Part shown: positions 16,863 through 24,606 of the stretch, one piece after another | How the letters are laid out: every line of letters begins with the position of its first letter | Numbering within the stretch: the stretch's first letter is position 1 | Assembly (NCBI RefSeq): GCF_025643275.1 | Contig: NZ_CP089977.1 | Span: 330,001 to 362,000 of the forward strand | Reading direction: 5' to 3' | Length of the DNA stretch: 32,000 bases | Origin: Moraxella nasicaprae | Lineage (GTDB): Bacteria > Pseudomonadota > Gammaproteobacteria > Pseudomonadales > Moraxellaceae | Made by a program: the position numbers and the translations under genes | Notes under the pieces: generated by a model | Told to the model about the DNA's origin: nothing | The model's input: only the letters and a program-made list of their open reading frames with translations | The model's database searches: none

Positions 16863-18725
16863 ATGAAACATATCCAAAAACACCCACTTGCTGTTCTGAT
16901 TGGTGCCGTCATGCTGACCGCTTGTTCTAGTGGTGGCGGTGGTTTTGATTTACCAAGCACAGGCAGTACCGCCATACCAGTCGCCACCAAACCAAACACA
17001 GCAGGTACGACTGGCTCGGGTGGCTCGGGCGGTCAGTCCACCACCCAGACCACGCCAGCAGCCCCACCCAGCTATCAAGATGAAAACAATCAAAGACGCA
17101 CCATTGACACCAGTACCAGTCAAGCAGCCTTGGGTTATGTGGTTGATATTCCACGCCGTCATAACAATGCTGAAATCGCCAATATTCAGACACCAAAAGC
17201 CACCAATTATGCACTAGACAATCTGCCTTATGCTGACGAAATCAAAGCCAGACCAAAAGCCAGCGAAGACGGCTTGGTGCATTCTCACGACGGTGGTTCG
17301 CCATCTCGCACTCGCTCATTTGATTATGTGCGTTCAGGTTATTTTATTGACACCGAAGCTGGCGTATTGTTTATCAAAAATGAAGAAACAGGCAAACGAG
17401 ATATGTATCAAGGGGCATCTGGCGTGGTCTATTATCAAGGCACAAGACCCTCAACCACCCTGCCCACGCAAAGTATCAAATATCAAGGTGTTTGGGATTT
17501 TGTGAGTAATGCCGATAAAACTCGCACCAATTTGGCTGATGGCTTTACCAGAGACAACCAAAGCTCACCTGCCAACGCATCAGGGGCAACCCCGCTTGAT
17601 GCCTATGTCAATCACAGAATTGATGGCAAAAAATTGGCTCACAGTAGCGAATTTGATGTAGATTTTGGTTCAAAAACTTTGACAGGTAAACTTTATAGCA
17701 ATGGCTATGTCGCCACACAAGACAGCGAGCAAAAAATCAACGAAAACTACACCGTCGATGCCAAAATTCACGGCAATCGCTTCAAAGGCACCGCCACAGC
17801 CACGCAGAACAATCACGAGATTTTTGGTAAAAATGGCGAACTTGAAGGCGGGTTTTTTGGTGAAAAAGCCGAAGAACTGGCAGGTAAATTTCTAGCCGAA
17901 GATAACTCTTTATTTGCCACTTTTGCCGCCAAAAGAGACAAAGTTAGCGATGATGACTTACAAAAATCATTTGATGCCATCAGTATCGCCACCGATACTG
18001 ACAATCTACAAAAAAGCGATTTGGACACTTTTGGTAATGTGGCTTACTTGGTATTAGATGGCAAGCCTTTATCGCTCCTACCAGCAGACAAAACCAAATT
18101 TGCCGATATGGCATTTTATGATACCGTTGTACACCAGCACAATGACAAGAGCATCTCTGTTGGTGTATGTTGCAATAATTTAGACTATGTCAAATTTGGC
18201 AACTATGCCACCGCCAATCAAGATGGTGGCGTAACCAGACTAAGCGATGGGCATTTGTTCTTGCTTGGCGAACGCACTGATACCAATAAAATCCCAAATT
18301 CAGGCACAGCACACTATCGAGGTACTTGGGAAGGCTATATTGAAAGTAAAGATGGTCGCAGATGGTCAGAGAGTGCTGGTAATGGCGAGGCGGACAATCG
18401 TTCACGCTTTGATATGGATTTTGGCAACAAAAGTTTTACAGGCAAGCTCATCGCCAAAAATGGCACAGAGGATTTACCACTGCTGACACTTGATGGCAAA
18501 ATCATTGGCAATGGCTTTACAGGCACAGCCAAAACTCGTGCAAATGGCTTTACGCTTGACGCTGGTAGCACAGGCAATGCCGCCATCGCTCATCTAAATG
18601 CTGATGTTATTGGCGGATTCTATGGACCAGACGGTTTGGAGATTGGTGGTATCATTCACGCCAATCAAGCTAATGCAGATAAAGTTGGCATTGTCTTTGG
18701 TGGTAAACGCCAAACCAAAAAATAA
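16863..18725 (+). CDS. tbpB: Transferrin-binding protein B-like surface lipoprotein (TbpB/LbpB family)
   Basis: 620 aa. The lipoprotein signal is MKHIQKHPLAVLIGAVMLTAC followed by SSGGGG and a long Gly/Thr/Pro anchor peptide. The bilobed organisation shows repeated motifs: YQGVWDF / YRGTWEG, FDVDFGSKTLTGKL / FDMDFGNKSFTGKL, GNRFKGTA / GNGFTGTA. The typical C-terminus is GIVFGGKRQ. It sits directly upstream of a TbpA-like receptor gene. Ligand specificity is not determinable from the sequence. Confidence 0.88.
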   Translation: MKHIQKHPLAVLIGAVMLTACSSGGGGFDLPSTGSTAIPVATKPNTAGTTGSGGSGGQSTTQTTPAAPPSYQDENNQRRTIDTSTSQAALGYVVDIPRRHNNAEIANIQTPKATNYALDNLPYADEIKARPKASEDGLVHSHDGGSPSRTRSFDYVRSGYFIDTEAGVLFIKNEETGKRDMYQGASGVVYYQGTRPSTTLPTQSIKYQGVWDFVSNADKTRTNLADGFTRDNQSSPANASGATPLDAYVNHRIDGKKLAHSSEFDVDFGSKTLTGKLYSNGYVATQDSEQKINENYTVDAKIHGNRFKGTATATQNNHEIFGKNGELEGGFFGEKAEELAGKFLAEDNSLFATFAAKRDKVSDDDLQKSFDAISIATDTDNLQKSDLDTFGNVAYLVLDGKPLSLLPADKTKFADMAFYDTVVHQHNDKSISVGVCCNNLDYVKFGNYATANQDGGVTRLSDGHLFLLGERTDTNKIPNSGTAHYRGTWEGYIESKDGRRWSESAGNGEADNRSRFDMDFGNKSFTGKLIAKNGTEDLPLLTLDGKIIGNGFTGTAKTRANGFTLDAGSTGNAAIAHLNADVIGGFYGPDGLEIGGIIHANQANADKVGIVFGGKRQTKK

Positions 18726-18745
18726 GACTTTTGTATTACTTTTGG

Positions 18746-18770
18746 CAAGCCAGTCTTACAAACTGGCTTG
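18746..18770 (+). other. Intercistronic stem-loop between tbpB and tbpA
   Basis: A perfect 9-bp stem pairs CAAGCCAGT (18746-18754) with ACTGGCTTG (18762-18770), with a 7-nt loop. It is followed by TCTGTGTTG, which is not a clean U-run. It lies 32 nt before the tbpA ATG. Confidence 0.6.
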
Positions 18771-18802
18771 TCTGTGTTGATATTATCAAGGAATGAGTAT
18801 TT

Positions 18803-21637
18803 ATGAATCATTTTCATCAAAAACCAACCATGCTATTTTTGGCAATCAGCACCATTTTATTTAGTAGCATTGCTCACGCTCAGCAGACCGATGACGACAA
18901 TGATGAAACCGTCGTCAATCTTGGCACTCAAACCGCCAATATCAAACTTCGCACCACACGCAAAACCAACGAAATCACAGGACTTGGTAAAATCGCCAAA
19001 CAAAGTCGTGATATTGACCAAGAAATGGTACTGGGCATTCGTGATTTGACTCGCTATGATCCTGGCATTTCGGTTGTCGAGCAAGGTCGTGGAGCAACTT
19101 CTGGCTATGCCATTCGTGGTGTAGATAAAAACCGAGTTGCTATTAGTGTCGATGGACTTAGTCAAGCACAATCTTATCTGACACGACGGACGCTGGCAGG
19201 TAGTGGCTCTATCAATGAAATTGAATATGAAAACATCAAAAGTATTGAGCTAAGCAAAGGGGCAAGTTCTTCCGAATATGGCAATGGTGCTTTGGGCGGT
19301 GCGGTTGGTTTTGTTACCAAAGACCCAAGTGATGTGCTTAAAGATGGGCAAAATTGGGGTGTGGATACCAAAAGCAGTTATAGTAGCAAAAACAAGCAAT
19401 TTACCCAATCTGTCTCTGGTGCGGTCAAGCTGGGCAATTTTGAGCAACTTGCCATCTATACACACAAAGAAGGAGAGGAAACTCACGGGCATAAAGCCGC
19501 TGATGATTATGTGCATCATTATCAGCCTTTGACAGGTTATTTTGAAGAATATCGACTCAATAGCAGTACGCCAGAAGTACGCAATCGTGGCTACTATCTG
19601 GTAGCTGATGACTGCCCGACACTTGACTGCACCCCAACAATCATCGCCAGTCCAAATAATAACAAAACCCCCATTCGTACCACGCCAGCACTGACTGATA
19701 AAGAGCAGCTGCAGGCAAACAGCACTCGCTATCCAACGCATACCGCTAGCACCAAAGCCTATACAGGCATTGATCGCATTCACGCCAATCCTATGGAACA
19801 AAAAAGCCAATCCATTTTTTATAAAGCAGGCTATGACATCACACCAGCACATCGTGTGGAGGGTGTGGCTGAATACACCAAACAAAGGTACGACATTCAA
19901 GATATGACTTTGCCCGCCTACTACACACAAAGTGATGTTGATGGTCAGCCAAGCCGTCTAACACAAGGCAGTGTCAATGCCGAGACGGGGCTTGCTGTGG
20001 GCAACTCTGGCATTCCTGATGTGGCGGATAATCCTTTGAGTGGACTGGTGTTTAACATTGGCAGCAGTAAATATGGGGCAAGATATAGTCGCACTCGATA
20101 TTTTGACGAGCGACACAACAAAAATCGTCTGGGTTTATCATATCATTATACAAGCCCTGATAAAAAAGGTCTGATTGACCACGCCCAAATCCAGCTAGAC
20201 AGACAAGTCATTGATTTGGATAGCACTGTGCATTTGGGGCGTTGTAATGATTATCCCAATTTGGACAAATGCCGTGCCAGTATTGATAAGCCTTGGTCTT
20301 GGTATGGGAGCGAGCAAAACAACTATCAAGAAAAACAACTGTCGCTACGCCTAAATTTTGATAAGCTCTTTCATTTGGCTGGCGGACGGCACAAACTTAG
20401 TCTAAGCACTGGCATCAACGACCTACGCTCTATTTTGGCACGCCAAGCAATGCAGGTAGAATATGTCTCAGCAGGCTATGACAACATCTACCATCAAGGA
20501 CATAATGGCTCTTATGAAAAACCCTATATTTATCAAAGAGTAACACCAACCCTACAAACACTCTCATCGTGTAACGAATCCAATGGCGATAACAACAGCT
20601 GCCAGCCACGCATCATCGATGGCAAACAATACCATCTGGCAGTGCGTCATCACGCCCATCTGAACCCTTATTTGGATTTGGGGCTGGGCGTACGCTACGA
20701 CCATCATCGCTTTGATTCAGATGACAGCTGGACAGTAACGGATAATTATCACAACATATCCTACAATGCTGGCATTAACTTTCGCCCAACCGACAATCTG
20801 GTATTATCCTATCGCTATGCCAATGGATTTCGTGTGCCGTCATTTTATGAATTATATGGCGATAGGGTCGGTGCGTCTGGCAAAGATAATGAATATTCTA
20901 ATAGAGGCTACACCAGCCGAGTGGCTCCAAAGGCTGAAAAATCGCATAACCACGAATTTGGCATTGGAATTTTGGGCAAATTTGGTCAGTTAGAAACCAG
21001 CGTTTTTTATAATCAGTATAAAAATTTGATTGCTCGTGGCGATCGATCAAAAGCAATCATACGCATTACCGATTTTTATAATATGCAAGACATCAGCTTG
21101 CAAGGCGTGAATGTGCTAGGCAAACTCTTTTGGCATGATGTGTCCGCCAAATTACTAGACGGTCTATATTCCACGCTCGCCTACAACCATATCAAGGTCA
21201 AAAAACGCCAAATCCATGATGGTTTTACGATGACAACCGATCCCATCTTGGATGCAATCCAGCCTGCCCGTGTGGTTGCTGGTATCGGCTATGATGACCC
21301 AGACGGTCAATGGGGCTTTTATCACACCTTGACATATTCGCAAGCAAAGAAAGCGGACGAGCTGACAGGCAATGCGTACTATGGCATCTATCGTGTCAAT
21401 CTTAATAGCAAAACCAGCAAAGATTGGTACACGCACGATTTGACCGCCTATCGCCGCTTGGGTCGTCATTTTACCTTGCGTGCTGGCGTGTATAATCTGA
21501 TGAATCACAAATACAGCACTTGGGAGAGTGTGCGACAATCGGGTGTCAATGCCGTCAATCAAGATTTTGGCACAAACACCGCTCGCTACGCTGCTCCTGG
21601 TCGAAATTTTGTACTGACCTTGGAAAGTAAATTTTAG
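18803..21637 (+). CDS. tbpA: TonB-dependent transferrin/lactoferrin-family receptor (TbpA/LbpA family)
   Basis: 944 aa with signal peptide ...FSSIAHA-QQ. The plug region is highly similar to neisserial TbpA as I remember it (EITGLGK, IRDLTRYDPGISVVEQGRGATSGYAIRGVDKNRVAISVDG, INEIEYENIKSIELSKGASSSEYGNGALGGAV). The C-terminal barrel shares RFD, NAGINFRP, GFRVPSFYELYG, RAGVYNLMNHKYSTWESVRQ and RYAAPGRNFVLTLESKF with a terminal Phe. Confidence 0.92.
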   Translation: MNHFHQKPTMLFLAISTILFSSIAHAQQTDDDNDETVVNLGTQTANIKLRTTRKTNEITGLGKIAKQSRDIDQEMVLGIRDLTRYDPGISVVEQGRGATSGYAIRGVDKNRVAISVDGLSQAQSYLTRRTLAGSGSINEIEYENIKSIELSKGASSSEYGNGALGGAVGFVTKDPSDVLKDGQNWGVDTKSSYSSKNKQFTQSVSGAVKLGNFEQLAIYTHKEGEETHGHKAADDYVHHYQPLTGYFEEYRLNSSTPEVRNRGYYLVADDCPTLDCTPTIIASPNNNKTPIRTTPALTDKEQLQANSTRYPTHTASTKAYTGIDRIHANPMEQKSQSIFYKAGYDITPAHRVEGVAEYTKQRYDIQDMTLPAYYTQSDVDGQPSRLTQGSVNAETGLAVGNSGIPDVADNPLSGLVFNIGSSKYGARYSRTRYFDERHNKNRLGLSYHYTSPDKKGLIDHAQIQLDRQVIDLDSTVHLGRCNDYPNLDKCRASIDKPWSWYGSEQNNYQEKQLSLRLNFDKLFHLAGGRHKLSLSTGINDLRSILARQAMQVEYVSAGYDNIYHQGHNGSYEKPYIYQRVTPTLQTLSSCNESNGDNNSCQPRIIDGKQYHLAVRHHAHLNPYLDLGLGVRYDHHRFDSDDSWTVTDNYHNISYNAGINFRPTDNLVLSYRYANGFRVPSFYELYGDRVGASGKDNEYSNRGYTSRVAPKAEKSHNHEFGIGILGKFGQLETSVFYNQYKNLIARGDRSKAIIRITDFYNMQDISLQGVNVLGKLFWHDVSAKLLDGLYSTLAYNHIKVKKRQIHDGFTMTTDPILDAIQPARVVAGIGYDDPDGQWGFYHTLTYSQAKKADELTGNAYYGIYRVNLNSKTSKDWYTHDLTAYRRLGRHFTLRAGVYNLMNHKYSTWESVRQSGVNAVNQDFGTNTARYAAPGRNFVLTLESKF

Positions 21638-21673
21638 CCAATATAATCAAATTGACCAGCCAGTCAATCACAC

Positions 21674-21743
21674 AAAAACCCACGCCAAGCCATCATTAAC
21701 CAAAAACCAACGATTTTTTGGAAGGTTTTGCGTGGGATTTTTG
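21674..21743 (+). terminator. Compound stem-loop, probable terminator after tbpA
   Basis: The outer stem pairs CCCACGC (21679-21685) with GCGTGGG (21730-21736) and is followed by ATTTTTG. It encloses an inner hairpin pairing CCAAAAA (21700-21706) with TTTTTGG (21715-21721). Confidence 0.5.
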
Positions 21744-21752
21744 TGCAAAATT

Positions 21753-21761
21753 TGCTATAAT
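21753..21761 (+). promoter_or_regulatory. Putative extended -10 promoter element (TGCTATAAT) upstream of the DUF2062 gene
   Basis: TGnTATAAT located 48 nt upstream of the ATG at 21809. Confidence 0.4.
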
Positions 21762-21808
21762 CTTACAATATTATCACGCATCAAATAGCCCAAACGCAGC
21801 CAAAGATT

Positions 21809-22444
21809 ATGCCAAAGAATAAACTAAAAGCCTGGTTACCCACTCCTGAAAAACTTCGTGAAAACCGACTGGTTGGTATGTTTGCACCATTTTTGGCAGA
21901 CCCTAGACTTTGGCAGATGAACCGAAATTCTTTAAATCGTGCGGTATTTATCGGTGTATTAGCAGCATTTTTTCCCCTGCCAGGTCAGATGCCACTTGCC
22001 ATCATTGGTTCGCTTTTGGTTCGTGCCAACATTCCTATGGCGATAGCCTTAACTTGGATTACTAATCCTTTGACCGCCATTCCTGTATTTTGGGTGGCGT
22101 ATTGCTTAGGAGCATTTTTGCTAGGCGAGCCAATTTTGGGCATACGGGACATCGGTGTGTTTTTAACCGACTTAACGCTATGGCTAACTGCTGATGGCAT
22201 CAACCCTTTTACCCGTCATCAGATTTTTTCTTGGCAGGCGTTTGCCTTAGGCTTAGTATTATCCGCCATCATCACCAGTACCGTGCTAGGATTGGCGTTT
22301 CGCTGGTTTTGGCAATATCGCACCATCAAAGATTGGCAAGCACGACATGGATATAACGCCAAAGCACCCAAATTTTCTAGCCAAAAAGGTCATAAGCAAC
22401 GAGAACAACAAAAACAACCGATTGATGAAGATTTTTCCATCTAA
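21809..22444 (+). CDS. DUF2062 domain-containing inner membrane protein
   Basis: 211 aa. The N-terminal pattern (LPTPEKLRENR...L..P.LW..NR.S..RAV.IG...AFFPLPGQM) and 3-4 predicted TM helices match what I recall for DUF2062 proteins. It has a basic, Gln-rich C-terminal tail. Confidence 0.7.
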   Translation: MPKNKLKAWLPTPEKLRENRLVGMFAPFLADPRLWQMNRNSLNRAVFIGVLAAFFPLPGQMPLAIIGSLLVRANIPMAIALTWITNPLTAIPVFWVAYCLGAFLLGEPILGIRDIGVFLTDLTLWLTADGINPFTRHQIFSWQAFALGLVLSAIITSTVLGLAFRWFWQYRTIKDWQARHGYNAKAPKFSSQKGHKQREQQKQPIDEDFSI

Positions 22445-22512
22445 ATATCCATTTTGACACCTAGTTAAAACGCTGATTGGTGGTTTTTTCATGGTCATAT
22501 AACAATTATTCA

Positions 22513-22542
22513 TTAGCAATCATCATCATTTTAGCGTATAAT
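22513..22542 (+). promoter_or_regulatory. Putative metK promoter
   Basis: The -35 is TTAGCA (22513-22518), followed by an 18-nt spacer and -10 TATAAT (22537-22542). The predicted transcription start is near 22549, giving a leader of about 138 nt. Confidence 0.5.
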
Positions 22543-22548
22543 TTTCCG

Positions 22549-22665
22549 CCAAATACCCAAAGATTTTTTGGTATCTGATGCTTGGAGCATCAAGATGTTT
22601 GCTTGCATGATGGGTATTTCTTTTGTCAAGCCTAAAAAAGCCACCAAAAGTCATGCAATTTTTTT
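22549..22665 (+). promoter_or_regulatory. Structured metK 5' leader with an intrinsic-terminator-like hairpin (candidate attenuator or riboswitch expression platform)
   Basis: The interrupted hairpin has two stems. TTGCATGA (22603-22610) pairs with TCATGCAA (22651-22658), and CTTTTG (22620-22625) pairs with CAAAAG (22645-22650). A T7 run follows at 22659-22665, 21 nt before the ATG. A 9-nt bulge TGGGTATTT (22611-22619) is perfectly complementary to AAATACCCA (22551-22559) at the predicted 5' end. There is also a local hairpin GATGCT-TGG-AGCATC (22577-22591). Confidence 0.45.
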
Positions 22666-22686
22666 ATTAAATTAAGCGAATTTTTT

Positions 22687-23847
22687 ATGAATTATCATCT
22701 ATTTACCTCAGAATCGGTCAGCGAAGGTCATCCAGATAAGATGGCCGACCAAATCTCAGACGCCTTGCTTGATGCCATCTTAACCCAAGACAAAGACGCT
22801 CGTGTGGCGTGCGAAACCTTGGTAAAAACAGGGGCAGTGGTACTGGCAGGCGAAATCAGTACACACGCCAATATTGATGTTGAAGCCATTGTGCGTCAAA
22901 CAGTCAATGACATTGGCTATAATCACTCCGACTTAGGATTTGACGGCTCAACCTGTGCGGTCATCAACATGATTGGCAAGCAGTCGCCAGAAATCGCACA
23001 AGGGGTAGATAGACAACGCCCAGAAGACCAAGGGGCTGGCGATCAGGGATTGATGTTTGGCTATGCGACTATTGAAACCGATGTGTTGATGCCTGCACCA
23101 ATCCAACTATCGCATCGCTTGATGGAATGCCAAGCCAGATTGCGTAAAGATGGCACTTTGCCATGGTTGCGTCCCGACGCCAAAGCTCAGGTTACTTTGC
23201 GTTATGATGATAATTTTAAACCTGTGGCGGTTGATGCGTTGGTCTTATCCACCCAGCATGACCCAGACATCAGCTATGATAACCTAAAAGAAGCAGTGAT
23301 GGAAGAAATCATCAAAAAAACCATTCCTGCCGAACTGCTGCACAAAGACACCTTATATCACATCAACCCAACAGGCAAATTTGTCATCGGTGGTCCTGTG
23401 GGCGATGCTGGTCTGACAGGTCGCAAAATCATCGTTGATACCTATGGTGGCATGGCACGACATGGTGGCGGTGCATTCTCTGGTAAAGACCCTTCAAAAG
23501 TGGACAGAAGTGCTGCCTATGCTGGTCGTTATGTTGCCAAAAACATCGTAGCAGCAGGTCTGGCTGATCGCTGTGAAGTGCAGGTTAGCTACGCCATCGG
23601 TGTTGCTGAACCAACTTCCATCTCGGTCAATACCTTTGGTACAGGCAAAATCAGCGATGAACAAATCATTCGTCTGATTCGCACTCACTTCGACCTGCGT
23701 CCTTATGGCATCACTCGCATGCTAGATTTGCTACAACCCATGTATCAAATCACCGCAAGCTATGGTCATTTTGGTCGTGATGGCTCCAACCATGCCTTTA
23801 CTTGGGAAAAAACCGATAAAGCAGAAGCCTTGCGTGCTGACATCTGA
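22687..23847 (+). CDS. metK: S-adenosylmethionine synthase
   Basis: 386 aa and collinear with bacterial MetK. Shared segments are [74 protein letters not shown] and ASYGHFGR. Confidence 0.97.
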   Translation: MNYHLFTSESVSEGHPDKMADQISDALLDAILTQDKDARVACETLVKTGAVVLAGEISTHANIDVEAIVRQTVNDIGYNHSDLGFDGSTCAVINMIGKQSPEIAQGVDRQRPEDQGAGDQGLMFGYATIETDVLMPAPIQLSHRLMECQARLRKDGTLPWLRPDAKAQVTLRYDDNFKPVAVDALVLSTQHDPDISYDNLKEAVMEEIIKKTIPAELLHKDTLYHINPTGKFVIGGPVGDAGLTGRKIIVDTYGGMARHGGGAFSGKDPSKVDRSAAYAGRYVAKNIVAAGLADRCEVQVSYAIGVAEPTSISVNTFGTGKISDEQIIRLIRTHFDLRPYGITRMLDLLQPMYQITASYGHFGRDGSNHAFTWEKTDKAEALRADI

Positions 23848-23859
23848 TTAAGATACAAA

Positions 23860-23888
23860 TTGACAGTTTGCTCATTAAGCCTTAGAAT
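23860..23888 (+). promoter_or_regulatory. Putative promoter of the DUF3144-like gene, embedded in the metK terminator
   Basis: Consensus -35 TTGACA (23860-23865), a 17-nt spacer, and -10 TAGAAT (23883-23888). The -10 lies inside the 5' arm of the metK terminator stem. Confidence 0.5.
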
Positions 23889-23912
23889 AAATGCGTTCTA
23901 AGGCTTTTTATT
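23877..23912 (+). terminator. Intrinsic terminator after metK
   Basis: A perfect 11-bp stem pairs AAGCCTTAGAA (23877-23887) with TTCTAAGGCTT (23896-23906), with an 8-nt loop and a T-run. Confidence 0.85.
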
Positions 23913-23923
23913 AGGAAAAAACA

Positions 23924-24265
23924 ATGAGCAATCAACCAAACAACGAAAACTTTAATGAAGAAGAATTTCAAGCTCAAATGAATGCTTTTTTTGAGCGTGC
24001 AGATGCCATCATTAATCTTGCCAATAGTCAACTTAGCCCAAGCTCGCACTCTGGGCAAGTGGCCGCATCGCTCAACTATGCCGCTGCTCGTTTTGCCATC
24101 TCGGCTGCAACCATCGGCTTTGTTAAAGGCAGTGACTTAGCAAAAGAAAAAGATGAGATTATTAAGTTTTATACACAAAAATATCAACAAATGCTCATCG
24201 AAAATCTTGACCAATACATCGAAAATTTTGATAAATATGTTCAGCTTACTGACCAGCAAGGCTGA
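23924..24265 (+). CDS. Small acidic helical protein, DUF3144-like
   Basis: 113 aa preceded by the RBS AGGAAAAAACA-ATG. The pattern FFERADAIINLAN...GQVAASLNYAAARFAISAAT...YTQKYQQMLIENLDQYIENF resembles DUF3144 proteins as I recall them. The family assignment is from memory only. Confidence 0.6.
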   Translation: MSNQPNNENFNEEEFQAQMNAFFERADAIINLANSQLSPSSHSGQVAASLNYAAARFAISAATIGFVKGSDLAKEKDEIIKFYTQKYQQMLIENLDQYIENFDKYVQLTDQQG

Positions 24266-24340
24266 TGATTTGACATCAGATTGTTCATCATCTGGCCACC
24301 AAGAGTCATCTTTGTACTACAGTATGGTTGGTTTAGCTTT

Positions 24341-24391
24341 AAAAAACCGTCAAAATCGCCCAAGCCAAGCCTGTGGGCAGAGCGGTTTTTT
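24341..24391 (+). terminator. Possible compound terminator downstream of the DUF3144-like gene
   Basis: The outer pairing is AAAAAACCG (24341-24349) with CGGTTTTTT (24383-24391). The inner pairing is GCCCA (24358-24362) with TGGGC (24374-24378). The T-run forms part of the 3' arm. Confidence 0.4.
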
Positions 24392-24509
24392 GTTAAATTT
24401 TCCAAGCTCATCACAAACAAAAAAACTTAAAGCGGTGTATTTTTAAGTTTAATTAGCCATACAATAAATTTGTATGTCCGTCCTGATGACAGCGATAATC
24501 AAACATCAT

Positions 24510-24544
24510 AAAAAAAACACAATGCCATCAACATTGTGTTTTTG
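24510..24544. terminator. Bidirectional intrinsic terminator downstream of lolD
   Basis: Stem ACACAATG (24517-24524) pairs with CATTGTGT (24532-24539), with a 7-nt loop. It is flanked by an A8 run on the left and a T5 run on the right. It lies 63 nt beyond the lolD stop. Confidence 0.7.
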
Positions 24545-24606
24545 CTTATCTCTCCAACCAATCACATACCGCTTATGGTCAAATCATTCAAAATTTGGCT
24601 TGATAC

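Noticed and set aside
16930-17060. Gly/Ser/Thr-coding repeats (GGCTCGGGTGGCTCGGGCGG) at the 5' end of tbpB as a slipped-strand phase switch
   Set aside because: There are only two imperfect 9-nt units, and they are in frame (a multiple of 3). They fit the flexible anchor peptide typical of TbpB lipoproteins.
22445-22512. Possible terminator for the DUF2062 gene (CACC...GGTGGTTTTTT near 22465-22492)
   Set aside because: I could find only about 4 bp of pairing ahead of the T-run, which is too weak to annotate.
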